64,000 bases of DNA from Eledone cirrhosa. Its lineage: Eukaryota. Below, one piece after another: positions 9,732 through 23,657 of this stretch. The stretch lies in NCBI GenBank assembly GCA_964016885.1, contig OZ024741.1, positions 398,784,001 to 398,848,000 on the forward strand, given 5' to 3'. How positions within the stretch are numbered: the stretch's first letter is position 1; each line of letters starts with the position of its first letter. The position numbers and the translations under genes are program-made. The notes beneath the pieces were generated by a model. It had not been told where the DNA came from. It saw only the letters and a program-made list of their open reading frames with translations, and did no database searches.

Positions 9732-12700
9732 TTAATTGTAAGTTGTGATGTTGCTGTTCCATTCATGTTTTCTATTTAATTTTGGTTGGAGTTCATTTAT
9801 GTTTATTGCCTCTGTGATTTGTCTAAACATTGCGTCTTTTCTGTGTGTAGATTCTATTTTTATTTCTATGTTCTCTAATTTACCCTTATGTTCTATTTTA
9901 GAATGTTGGTGGAGTACAGATGATTCTTTATTATCTTGAAGCTCTCGCCAGTGTTCATTTATCCGTTCTCCTATATTACGAGCTGTCTCACCTATGTACA
10001 CTATATTCTTATCTCTACATTGTCCTTCAGTACATCTTATGCTATATACTACATTTCTAGTTTTACAGTTAATATGGGGCTTAGTTTACAGATTATACAT
10101 TTCTTATCTATACAGGGAGGTCGTTGAAAAGGGTATGTATTGCTAATAAGTGTTTTTATGGAGGTACCTGGTATTTCTACTATCTTAATATTGAGTTTAT
10201 GTTTATCTAGGGCCTTTCTAAATTTGTAAGCTAATTCACCTCTAGGGGTTGTATTGATGAACATTACACTCTGGTATTTATTGCTATCATACCATGAGTT
10301 TATTCTATTAACCTTATTCCTAGTTCTTTCTAATCTATTCCAAAATTTGCAGGTCCCATTTGTATCATTATTTACCATTTTTTCCCATTTGGTTCTGGCT
10401 CCTCTATATACTCTGATTTTATCTCTCTGATTGTAACCAGAGAACTGCATACGGTGGATGAAGTGTTGTATGTGTCTCTCTAGTTCTTTGGGGCTGCACA
10501 TGCGGGACACGTTTCTCATCACCCGTACCAAATCCGCAATCAGTATGTTGATTTTGGTGTGGTCCGAAACAGCTGAGTTTCGGTGGATCAGATATTTGGA
10601 AGTCATGGGTTTAGCATAATGGGAATGGAGGATTTGTTTTTTGTTATTAATGGTTTCTAACCAGAGCTCTGTGTCTAGTACAGGTGATCGATGGTTGGGA
10701 TGTTTGCTTGGGTAGTCTATAGTAACTCTAATACTCTGGTGGATGGAGTTAGCTATTTGCTGGATGCTTTCCATGGTGTTTTTCTCTAATTCCTGACTGT
10801 TCTCTAGTGGGGGTGTTTTTACTACGATGTTTATATCATCAACGTAGCGGAAGTACATTATCAGGGTTAAGAGGTTGCTGTCTTCTAATTGTTCTTTAAG
10901 TTTAAGTTTAAGTCTATTGAATAGGTTAGCTATGTCACCTGCAATGCTAACACCAATGGCCGCTCCCTCCTGTTGGGCATATGTTTTTCCATTAAATTTG
11001 AACATATGTTCCTTAAGGGTTAATTTTATACTGGCCCCCACCGCATGTGAAATCATTTTCTTTAGTTCATCGTGGTTTTCGGGGGTCCGTATGGCTCTGG
11101 TCCACCCGTTCCATCTATCTGTGTGGGTTTTCTTGGCCATTGAGGTAATGGTAGGTGGTCTGCCTCTTACTGGTAGGGCACAGGTTGCTAAGGTCATATG
11201 TATCTAGATAATCATTACTATAGGTAAGTTTAAGTAGGAGTCCCAGCACACTGGTATCAATCCCACGGAATTCAACATTGCTCTCACTGATCATTTCTAC
11301 GCATTTCTCCACAGCAAAATCTACGTCAATGGATGAATATAGGGACACACCATCCATACTACCTATTATGCAGTTTGTTAGGTCCCTAGATCGGTTACTT
11401 TCGCTGATTCTGCCGAGGAAGTCCTCCGTGCTGTCACATATATCTGGGGACATTTCAATGATGGGGCGTATGATCAGGGAGAGGAAGTAGGAAAGTCTGT
11501 AGTTACTAGCAATGTTAACTCCACAGACTGGCCGTGTTGGTGGTCCTGTGACAGGATGACTGCTCGTTTTATGGTCTTTTCGAAGCTCATACAACGCTGG
11601 CACGTTATTGTTCCAGGCCTGGAAGTTGTTGGCAGTCCTTTTGTTGGGCTGCATTATGTTTGTCCACATCATCATATGGGCATTGAGGGATTTCTCCCTA
11701 TCCTCATGCTCTTGTGGTGTTATTTCTCTTGTGTTAGTGATGTGGGTTGCATTGCCTGGATGTAGTTTGACAGACTGTCAACCGACATTCTGCCAGACTT
11801 GTCTGTTGGAAAGCATGCAATCTCTCCGTTACGCAAGCGCTGCATGAGCTTACGCAAGCCATTTGCAGACTTTTCTCCCAGTTGCTGGACCTCCATTCTA
11901 TTTTGCTTCTTGCTATACTGTTCTATAATATTTCTAAGTTTAGATCTAGCTATACTAAATTGTGCTTCTGTTTGTTCATCGACCTGCGACGGCAATTGCG
12001 TGCGTTTGTTAAAAGCTAAAGTCGTGGCGTGGACTCGTCGTAGGTCAAAGGACATATCGGAAGGATTATAAAAAGTAGAGTTCCAGGCTGCTGCTTTATG
12101 TATACTATTGCTATTGTTATTGTTAGTTGTGTTGTTTCTATTTCTATTTCCACCAACAGCCTCATGGTTGTTTCTATGTCTCTCATTATTACTCCTGTCT
12201 CTTTCCTCTGGCTCATTGTTATTATCTACTCTATTTTGTGTGTCTGTGTGTTCGTCCTGGTTATTTTCTCTGTCAGTATCGATAGTCTCCCTTCTCCTTT
12301 CAATCCCTTTACCTTCCCTTACTTCTGTGTTACTGTCATTACCTGTTTTCTGTGTCTGTGTATTTGTTAAGATTGTGATGGCGGTGAGAGACATAGAATG
12401 TGTGTGTGTTGTTGTTGCTGTTGTTGTTGATGTGTGCTGTTGTTGATGTGTGTTGTTGTTGTTGTCTCCGTGTAGTTTATTATTGTTGTATGTGTTATTA
12501 TTGTTGTTTGTGTCTGTGTGTCTGTTGTTGTTTCTGAGTATGTTATTATTGTTGATGTGTGTTGTTGTTATCGTTGTTTGTGTCTGTGTATCTGTCGTTG
12601 TTGCGATGTGTGTTGTATGTGTGTGTGTGTGTGCGTATGTTGTTACTTTTGTTTTTGTTTTTGTTTTTAAGGCTCCAACGTAATTTTGTAAATGATTTTT

Positions 12701-13426
12701 CTATTTCTGACAAGCATTTTATCATATTTACCTTATTATATATGGCATATTTAGGTGGTAGCTGTAATATCGATAATTCATCAGAGCCGACTGTAGTGTT
12801 TCCCTATATATATTTGTGTTGTTGTTGTTGAATTCATCTGTTAATGAGATGTCGGCCATGTTTATACCGTCAATCTTGTCAGGATATCTATCGATATTCT
12901 CTAAAGTTTCTTGGTCTAGTTTTATCTGTTTGAGCCACCTTAGTTTCTTGTTAAAGTGCTTGTCACATTCTTGAACAAGGTACTTTTCTTCAAGACATAT
13001 AAGGTTTATAAATATTAATTTTTCTCTTGGTGTGGTGATCTTACTTATTTCTTGTATTAGGTTACGCTTATGTTTTTCTTGATGACTTAATTCTCTGTAA
13101 ATCTTCTTTTTTATGTTTAGAATTAGTGTTCGTTTTAGCCTATCTGCTTGCTTTTTGGTAAGTTGTAATCTTCTTACATCGGTGTTGATGGTGTTGGTGT
13201 AAACTCGGGACGAGGCACATTCTTTTATGAAGTGTAGTTGTCGAGATGTTATTGTTTTTCGTAGATAACAGAACATGGTGGTTTTCAGTATCTTGTTAGC
13301 CTGGCTAAGGTTTACGATATTTCGTTTCTGAATTTGTTTAGCAAGATTCTTTATCTGAAAACGTGTGTTGAAACCGATATTGTTATGCTTTAGGAGGGTC
13401 ATGTTGCCAATAAGAAACACACGCAC
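9732..13426 (-). pseudogene. Frameshifted PLE ORF: N-terminal region, RT and GIY-YIG endonuclease
   Basis: Pieces LQLPPKY, EIEKSFTKLRW, PTDKSGR, PTRPV, SMDGVSLYSSI, QQEGAAIG, FRYVDD, VLDTELW, a Cys linker CIDKKCIIC, and VVYSIRC..YIGETARN..ER..EH, spread over ORFs 12728-13426, 11720-12394, 11115-11675, 10049-11197 and 9732-10001. Confidence 0.9.
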
Positions 13427-13528
13427 CAGTTGCTTTCACTCCAATTTATTATAAATTAAATTTATAAATTTAAGAATTTATAAATTTACGGTTGGTTGGT
13501 TCCACAACCAGACGATTGTTCATATATT

Positions 13529-13571
13529 GTCAAAGTTCTTTTGTCACACATTCTGTGACCTCTTCAGTGAC
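13529..13571 (-). ncRNA. Hammerhead motif in the 5' pseudo-LTR (G12 to A change)
   Basis: GUCA-CUGAAGA-G-GUCACA(GAAUG)UGUGAC-AAAA-GAAC-UU-UGAC. Confidence 0.65.
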
Positions 13572-14390
13572 TGGGGATTCTTTTCTTTGTCTAAACATTG
13601 CGTCTTTTCTGTGTGTAGATTCTATTTTTATTTCTATGTTCTCTAATTTACCCTTATGTTCTATTTTAGCATGTTGGTGGAGTACAGATGATTCTTTACT
13701 ATCTTGAAGCTCTCGCCAGTGTTCATTTATCCGTTCTCCTATATTACGAGCTGTCTCACCTATGTACACTATATTCTTATCTCTACATTGTCCTTCAGTA
13801 CATCTTATGCTATATACTACATTTCTAGTTTTACAGTTAATATGGTGGCTTAGTTTACAGATTATACATTTCTTATCTATACAGGGAGGTCTTTGAAAAG
13901 GGTATGTATTGCTAAATAGTGTTTTTATGGAGGTACCTGGTCTTTCTACTATCTTAATATTGAGTTTATGTTTATCTAGGGCCCTTCTAAATTTGTAAGC
14001 TAATTCACCTCTAGGGGTTGTATTGATGAACATTACACTCTGGTATTTATTGCTATCATACCATGAGTTTATTCTATTAACCTTATTCCTAGTTCTTTCT
14101 ATTCTATTCCAAAATTTGCAGGTTCCATTTGTATCATTATTTACCATTTTTTTCTATTTGGTTCTGGCTCCTCTATACACTCTGATTTTATCTCTCTGAT
14201 TGTAACCAGAGAACTGCATACGGTGGATGAAGTGTTGTATGTGTCTCTCTATGCGGGACACGTTTCTCATCATCCGTACCAAATCCGCAATCAGTATATT
14301 GATTTTGGTGTGGTCCGAAACAGCTGAGTTTCGGTGGATCAGATATTTGGCAGTCATGGGTTTGGCATAATGGGAATATATATATATATA

Positions 14391-15385
14391 TTAGAAAGTG
14401 AGGTTTTTTTACAAAATGAAAAATAACCGAGGTGTCCTACACGAGTGAAAGTATAAAGAAAAAAAGATGAAATCGAAAATGCAACAGGAGCCTTATTTTA
14501 AAAATATATATATATATTTATTTGGTTCCTTTACCGGTTTCGCAGTTCTTCTGCTTTTCAAAAGTAGAGTTGAGATGGAGGGTCTGTGGTTTTTCTCACA
14601 TCTGGTTGGTCTTTGAATGTTACCTGTTTTATATGGAAAAAAGTGGCTCGAAACGCCAGGTTTTTAGAGAAGTAATTTGATTGGTTGGTCAATAAGTATA
14701 ATTTCGCGCTAGTTCGCGTTACAAAGTTCTTCAAACAAGGGGGGGGGGGGGTCAGGTTGTTTTTTCATATATGAGTGTTTGAATTTCTTTTTACTTAAAA
14801 AAGGGGCTCACGAAGGCTTTATTTTTATAAATGTAATTTGATTGGTTATAAATGAAATTATGGTTGTCACGTGAACAAGTTCATTAAATTTTGCGCCCGT
14901 ATTTGGGAATTTATTTTGTAGCCTTTTAGAGAATTTTATGACAAACAAAAGATCATGGTCAAGAGAAATGGGATGGGAGAATTGTTCTGGTTCAGTGAAT
15001 ATAGCAGGTTGTTTTTTCATATATGAGTGAAGTTTGGTTGGTTGATGTAGTCACGTGAATAAGTATATCAGCTTTCACGTAAGTTTGTTTGAATTTCTTT
15101 TTACTTTAAAAAAGTGGCTCACGAAGGCTTTTTTTAAATAAATGTAATTTGATTGGTTATAAATGAAATTATGACTGTCACGTGAACAAGTTCATTAAAT
15201 TTCGCGCCCGTATTTGGGAATTTATTTTGTAGCCTTTTAGAGAATTTTTTGACAAGCAAAAGATAATGGTCTACAGAAATGGGATGGGAGAATTGTTCTG
15301 GTTCAGTGAATATGGCTCGTTCGCTGGGGTGTCAGAATTGAGATTTTCTATTGAAATAAAGAAAGTAGACCTATGTATGTTTATT

Positions 15386-15418
<33 letters not shown>

Positions 15419-15711
15419 AGGAAAATGATTCTATTAGTAGAAATGGGGGAGGGAGTTGTGTGTGTGTATATGGGTGTTATGTGTGTGTGTGTGGGAGTAT
15501 GTTAAGATGGAGAGAATATATATATTTTGTGTGTGTGTATGTGTGTAGGAAAGTCATTCTATTAGTAGAAATGGGGGAGAGAGTTGTGTGTGTGTGGGGT
15601 GGGGGTGGTGGTGGTGGGGTGGGTGTTATGTGTGTGTATGGGTGTTATGTGTGTGTGGGAGTATGGTTAGCATGTTAAGATGAAGAGAATATATATATAT
15701 ATTGTGTGTGT

Positions 15712-15772
<61 letters not shown>

Positions 15773-17470
15773 TGTGTGTGTGTGTAGGAAAATGATTCCG
15801 TTAGTAGGAATATTTTTGAATGAACATACTTTCCTTACTTATTCGTATTTGTTCTGTTGTATTGTCAGCGCAAACGTATGTTAAGGTTTATTTAGTTCGG
15901 GTTTTTATTTTCTAAAGTAGTAGGTGTTATGTGTGTGTGTATGTGTCTGTTTGTATGGTTAGCATGTTATGGTGTTGACATAATGTATATTAAACCATAT
16001 TTAATGCTGGTCTATATTTTTGAATAAACATATTTTTCTTATTTATTCGTATTTGTTCTGTTGTATTGTTAGCGCAAAGGTAAAATGGGAAGACTTGGAA
16101 TTTGGGTGTCTTATTACTTGCGCATATGTCTAGATGTGTGCTTAGTGGTATCTGTCTCGTGGTTGGATCTCGTAATTGTTGGCGATGAACTGTCATTCTG
16201 TTTCTGAGTGTGAGTTTAGTTTGTCCTATATAATCTTCATTGCATCCTTTACATTTAATGGCATAAAGTAGATTTTTTGATGAGCAAGTGAAGTGATTTT
16301 TTACAGCAAAATTTTATCCTGATTTAAATGTATACGTGTTGCCTTCAATATGTGAGTGCAGGTTCCACAATTAGAGCGACCACATTTTTTGACAGTTGGT
16401 TGTGGGTTTGTGGTAGGTAATTTGGCATTGGTGAGTAATGTTTTCAGTGATTTCGGTTGTCTTTTGCTTTTGATTATTTTGTGTGTTTCAAGGGCTGTTT
16501 TCGTTCTTGGGTCTTGTTTTAGTCGTGGGATGTTCTTGTGAATAGTGTTGTAAGCCTCCGCATTTCTTGGGTTGTGTATTGAGATATATGATAGAATATT
16601 GGACGTACCTTGAATTTGTTTCTGTTTTCGTAATTCATCAATGCCTATTACTTTAGCCCTTTCTATTCCATTATTTATTAGTAATGGTGGGTACTGTCTT
16701 TAGAGTAGAATTTCCTTTAATTCTTGAAGTCTTTTATTTCGCGTTTCATAATTGGAGGCAATTGTGCAAATTCTTCTTGCTAGGTCAAAAGGAATGTTCG
16801 TCTTCGTGTGCTTTGGATGGTTGGAGGTGAATAGCAGATATTGTTTGGAATCTGTTGGTTTGTAGTGTATGTCAGTTTCAATATTTGTGTCTTTTTTAAA
16901 GATTAAGATGTCCAGAAATGGGAGTTGATCTTGGCTGTATTCCATTGTGAATTGGATGTGGTTATTGATGCCGTTTATTAAGTTTTTGAAATCATTCAGT
17001 TGGTCGAGTGTGTGGGACCAAAGAATGAGACAATCATTCAAGTAGCGTTTCCAATTCTCTGATAAATATTTGTGGAAGTTCAATCCGTATTTTGATTTGG
17101 ACTGTTCATATATCTGGACTTCTAAGTATGCCATGACTAAGTTGGCATAAGTTGGAGCGGCTTTTGTACCCATCGCAGTCCCCGATATTTGCTTGTAAGT
17201 ATTGCCATCGAAATAAAAAAAGTTGTTCTGTAGGATAAATTTTAATCCCTCGGTGATGAAGCTTTTTTCTATTCTGCCAGGTATCTCATTGGGATATTTC
17301 TGTAGCCAGAATCCTATTGCTTCTAGTCCGTATTGGTGTGGGATCATTGTGTAGAGATTCACTATATCGAAAGACACAATAATACTGTTTAAGAGGTCCA
17401 GATCGACTCTTACAAGGCTTGGTATGTGTTTTAGTAGTATGTCTATAAAGTTGCTCAGTCTGTGTGTTTC
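14391..17470 (-). mobile_element. Second PLE family (Neptune-like Cys linker), 5'-truncated and decayed
   Basis: RT ORF 16700-17503 (SFDIVNLYT, QISGTAMGT, RYLND, LPFLD, HYKPTD), disrupted GIY-YIG ~15990-16490, and a long (CA)-rich 3' UTR with an internal duplication near 14755-15310. Confidence 0.9.
14528..14565 (-). ncRNA. U3:A8-variant hammerhead motif
   Basis: CUU-UUGAAAA-GCAG(AAGAA)CUGC-GAAA-CCGG-UA-AAG. Confidence 0.68.
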
Positions 17471-17633
17471 ATACATATTGTTCATATTTAGTATACTATT
17501 CACCCTAGCGAATCTGGTCCCTTATAATTTGAACACAAATATGTATATATCTGTGTTTATCTCTCTTTATTATATTGAATTATATATATATATATATATA
17601 TATAATATAAATAATTACAACAGTGACATAGTC

Positions 17634-17679
17634 AGGTACTCAAGTTTCGTTGGGTTCTGGGCTCCAATTTCTTCAGCCC
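17634..17679 (-). ncRNA. Hammerhead motif in an ~85-bp insert between (TA)n tracts
   Basis: GGG-CUGAAGA-AA-UUGG(AGCCCAGAAC)CCAA-C-GAAA-CUUGAG-UA-CCU; near-palindromic stem III, GUA triplet. Confidence 0.62.
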
Positions 17680-17684
17680 AGAAC

Positions 17685-18845
<1,161 letters not shown>

Positions 18846-18847
<2 letters not shown>

Positions 18848-19039
18848 TAGAGTCAGCAGAAAGGTTCAAAGTCTGATCAAGATGGAATGACCAAATGAGG
18901 TTTATTTTTCAACATAGTCCCTGGAATGAAACAATTCAGTTATTAATAAGAAAAGATGAAATTAATGCATGCAAGATTTCACATCTCTAGCATCACACCT
19001 TCATAGTCAACCTATAAACTCTTTAGCCCACCTTCGTAA
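18846..19039. mobile_element. Mariner-type MITE
   Basis: Right end AACCTATAAACTCTTTAGCCCACCTTCGTA; same family as 23286-23490. Confidence 0.72.
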
Positions 19040-19400
19040 ATTGGTGCTAGACTGAGATTGAAAGCAATGTTTATAAGTGCACAATATAGGTAAAGGTAGG
19101 TAGACACAATTTGAACTCTGACCCCAGGCAGAATAATTCCTTGTTTTACCATTAGTAAGAGATGAGTTAGAAACATCTTGAAAAGATTATCTTCAAATTT
19201 TCCCAGCTGTCGAAAAATACATCTCTCAAGAGGCTGTGGTTTCAATAAACTATATTTGCTTCTGCATTACTTTAGGGGATGATCTACTCTGTAATTCTGA
19301 AATTTTAATGAAACCCTTGGCTCGCAGTATTCCAGGAAATTAAACTTTTAGTAGAATTAATAAATCTTGTACTCTAAAGCAACACTCGTTTGTCTCATCT

Positions 19401-19528
<128 letters not shown>

Positions 19529-19979
19529 TCGTTGTAACTTATTCTATTTTTTCCTCGGTTACTCACTTGCATGTTCCATTGTCCTGTGTCGCCCCCTCCA
19601 TTCGGTTTGATTGCTTCGTTTTTTCCTCTTTCTTCCTCTCTCCTCACTCATTTTTCTTTTCTTTCCCTCATGGCCTTTTGATCGATAAAAGGCTTTGGGC
19701 GCGCTGCTGATCAATTTGATGTCCTGTTAACAGCTGACGAAGGGGCCCTTCTCTTGTTTCGTCCATATTACCATCTTAAACCTTGTTTACAGTAACCACA
19801 CAGCTCGCTTCGTTTCTTGTAATTATATATATATATATATGTTAGAAAGTAAGGTTTTTTTTACAAAATGAAAAATAACCGAGGTGTCCTACACGAGTGA
19901 AAGTATAAAGAAAAAGAGATGAAATCGAAAATGCAACTGAAGTCTTATTTTTTTTTTAAATATATATATTTATTTGGTT

Positions 19980-20017
19980 CCTTTACCGGTTTCGCAGTTC
20001 TTCTGCTTTTCAAAAGG
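19980..20017 (-). ncRNA. U3:A8-variant hammerhead motif
   Basis: Reverse complement of 22461-22498. Confidence 0.7.
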
Positions 20018-20540
20018 TGAGTTGAGATGGAGGGTCTGTGGTTTTTCTCACATCTGGTTGGTCTCTGAATGTTACTTGTTTTATATGGAAAAAGTGGCTC
20101 GAAATTCCAGGTTTTTCGAGAAGTAATTTGATTGGTTTGTCAATAATTATAATAAATTTCGCGCCAGTTCGCGTTACAATAGTTCTTCAAATAAGAGAGG
20201 GGGGGGGGGGGTGTTGTCACAGGTTGTTTTTTCATATATGAGTGTTTGAATTTCTTTTTACTTGAAAAAAGGAGGCTCACGAAGGCTTTTTTTTGGTTGG
20301 TTATAAATGAAATTTGGCTGTCACGTGAACAAGTTTTTATTACATTTTTGCGCCCTTATTTGGAAAACTATTCTGTAGTCTTTATAGTGAATGTTATGGA
20401 CAATGGAGAGATAGTGTCAAGAGAAAAGGGATTGTGAGAAATGTTCTGGTTCAGTGAATATGGCCAGCTCGCCGGGGTGTCAGAGTTCAGATTTTCTATT
20501 GAGACTGAAGATATGTATGTTTATTTGTGTGCTTGTGTGT

Positions 20541-20609
<69 letters not shown>

Positions 20610-21090
20610 TATTGGAAGATGATTCTATTAGTAGAGATTGGGGAGGGAGTTGTGTGTGTGTGTATATGGGTGTTATGTGTGTGTGTGCGAGTATGTTAAG
20701 ATGGAGAGAATATATATTTTGTGTGTGTGTATATATATATGTGTGTAGGAAAGTGGTTCTATTAGTAGAAATGGGGAGGGAGTTGTAGGTGTGGGGGTTG
20801 TTATGTGTGTGTATGGGTGTTATGTGTGTGGGAGTATGGTTAGCATGTTAAGATGAAGAGAATATATATATATATATATTGTGTGTGTGTGTATGTGTGT
20901 GTGTGGGAAAGTGATTCCTTTAGTAGGAATATTTTTGAATGAACATATTTTCCTTACTTTTTCGTGTTTGCTGTTGTATTGCCAGTGCAAACGTATGTTA
21001 AGGTTTATTTAGTTCGGGTTTTTATTTTCTAAAGTAGAAGGTGTTATGTGTGTGTGTGTATGTCATATTGTGGTGTTGACATAATGTATA

Positions 21091-21606
21091 TTAAACCTTA
21101 TTTAATGTTGGTCTATATTTTTGAATAAACATATTTTCCTTATTTATTCGCATTTGTTCTGTTGTATTGTTAGCGCAAAGGTAAAATGGGAAGACTTGGA
21201 ATTTGGGTGTCTTATTACTTGCGCAAATGTCTAGATGTGTGCTTAGTGGTATCTGTCTCGTGGTTGGATCTCGTAATTGTTGGCGATGAACTGTCATTCT
21301 GTTTCTGAGTGTGAGTTTAGTTTGTCCTATATAATCTTCATTGCATCCTTTACATTTAATGGCATAAAGTAGATTTTTTGATGAGCAAGTGAAGTGATTT
21401 TTTACAGTAAAATTTTGTCCTGATTTAAATGTATACGTGTTGCCTTCAATGAGGTGAGTGCAGGTTCCACAATTAGAGCGACCACATTTTTTGATACTTG
21501 GTTGTGGGTTTGTGTTAGGTAATTTGGCATTGGTGAGTAATGTTTTCAGTGATTTTGGTTGTCTTTTGCTTTTGATTATTTTGTGTGTTTCAAGGGCTTT
21601 TTTCAT
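21091..21606 (-). pseudogene. PLE Cys-linker plus GIY-YIG endonuclease (open frame, RT missing)
   Basis: KCGRSNCGTCTH..TCSSKNLLYAIKCKGCNEDYIGQT..R...H..E..FI.KY.P.LN. Confidence 0.88.
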
Positions 21607-21871
21607 TCTTGGGTTTTTTCATTCTTCATCTTAACATGCTAACCATACTCCCACACACATAACACCCTTACACACACATAACAACCCCCACACCTACAAG
21701 TCCCTCCCCATTTCTACTAATAGAACCACTTTCCTACACACATATATATATACACACACACAAAATATATATTCTCTCCATCTTAACATACTCGCACACA
21801 CACACACATAACACCCATATACACACACACACAACTCCCTCCCCAATCTCTACTAATAGAATCATCTTCAA

Positions 21872-21951
<80 letters not shown>

Positions 21952-22460
21952 GCACACAAATAAACATACATATCTTCAGTCTCAATAGAAAATCTGAACT
22001 CTGACACCCCGGCGAGCTGGCCATATTCACTGAACCAGAACATTTCTCCCAATCCCTTTTCTCTTGACCACTATCTCTCCATTGTCATAACATTCACTAT
22101 AAAGACTACAGAATAGTTTTCCAAATAAGGGCGCAAAAATGTAATAAAAACTTGTTCACGTGACAGCCAAATTTCATTTATAACCAACCAAAAAAAAGCC
22201 TTCGTGAGCCTCCTTTTTTCAAGTAAAAAGAAATTCAAACACTCATATATGAAAAAACAACCTGTGACAACACCCCCCCTCTCTTATTTGAAGAACTATT
22301 GTAACGCGAACTGGCGCGAAATTTATTATAATTATTGACCAACCAATCAAATTACTTCTCGAAAAACCTGGAATTTCGAGCCACTTTTTCCATATAAAAC
22401 AAGTAACATTCAGAGACCAACCAGATGTGAGAAAAACCACAGACCCTCCATCTCAACTCA

Positions 22461-22498
22461 CCTTTTGAAAAGCAGAAGAACTGCGAAACCGGTAAAGG
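22461..22498 (+). ncRNA. U3:A8-variant hammerhead motif
   Basis: CCUU-UUGAAAA-GCAG(AAGAA)CUGC-GAAA-CCGG-UA-AAGG; predicted cut after 22494. Confidence 0.7.
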
Positions 22499-22567
22499 AA
22501 CCAAATAAATATATATATTTAAAAAAAAAATAAGACCTCAGTTGCATTTTCGATTTCATCTCTTTTT

Positions 22568-22602
<35 letters not shown>

Positions 22603-22606
<4 letters not shown>

Positions 22607-22740
22607 AAAAGAATCAAGACCTCGACGGTTGAGCTCCGGCCGTTTCGACAGCTATTTCTGAACCCTTTTCCTATTACCCACTCTACTACCCATAGTATCG
22701 ATTACTCTGGTGCGTTATAGTCCACCTGGTTCCTTACCAC
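22603..22740. mobile_element. Rearranged relative of the 4511-4763 element
   Basis: First part resembles 4579-4626; second part is the reverse complement of ~4513-4583. Confidence 0.6.
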
Positions 22741-23285
22741 ACTTCCTTCGTTATATATGATGTCTGCCCCCTCGTTATCGAGTATGACCATTGCACGATA
22801 TACCATTATTAGTAATTATTAATTAATTCTATCGTGCAATGCCTGTGCATGAAGATTATTTTTAAAGTGAAGAAATACTGTGCACTGAGCCAATCCCACT
22901 CTCTGAGCGACACTAGCTATAACCCGAAAAGAAGAAAAGATCAACATCATCAGTAACTACTGAGCCGCAGGTTTTATATCAGAGTTATCCCAGTTTCCTG
23001 AGTTGCCTTCTCCTAGAAGAATGCCCTGACAAAGGCTAGGGGTCCTTCACTCCCAGTGGTTTAACCGCGCGATCGGGTATCCAGCCCAACTATTTCTATG
23101 TCCCCGCGCATATACATACACATGTACCCATGTATATACTCATATGCATACACATACATGTGTACATGTGTATATACATATTTACACATTTTTGGATGGC
23201 CGTTGACTCTTATGAGTTCTTCCGCCCTTTGTCAGGTTTTGTTTTTTGTCCTGCAGGGTGTCTCAAATCGCCCTCCTCACCAAGT

Positions 23286-23490
23286 AACGAGGGTCGGCTG
23301 AAAAGTAGTTTATAGGCTGATTATGAAGGCGTCATGCTAGAGCTGTGAAATCTTGCATGCATTAATTTCAACTCTTCTTATTAATAACATCATTGTTTCT
23401 TTTCAAGGACTATGTTGAGAAATAAACCTCATTTGGTCATTCCATGAGAGTATCTTAGTCAGCCTATGAACTTTTCAGCTGACATTCGCA
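23286..23490. mobile_element. Mariner-type MITE, ~205 bp
   Basis: Imperfect TIRs ACGAGGGTCGGCTGAAAAGT..TATAGGCTGA / TCAGCCTATGAACTTTTCAGCTGACATTCGC; non-coding. Confidence 0.78.
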
Positions 23491-23657
23491 TTTTGATTAC
23501 ATTATATCTTCTCGTATCACGTCACGTGATATCCTCTCCCGCTCTTCTCTCCCCTCCCTCTCTCCCCCGCTCTTCTCCTCTCTCTCTCACAAACACTTAT
23601 ACTCTATATGCACAATATAGCTCTGGACGACCCACCTCACATTATATGTCAAAATGC

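Larger units (their letters stand above)
9293..14377 (-). mobile_element. Penelope-like retroelement in partial-tandem arrangement (5'-truncated copy followed by a full-length copy)
   Basis: Direct repeat 9293-9570 = 13318-13590 (pseudo-LTR); 13590-14377 repeats ~9820-10625; flanked by (TA)n. Confidence 0.92.
19842..22573 (-). mobile_element. Second-family PLE insertion with an inverted pseudo-LTR
   Basis: 3' UTR plus endonuclease on the minus strand (19842-21615), then an inverted 3' UTR copy (~21622-22573); flanked by (TA)n. Confidence 0.9.
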
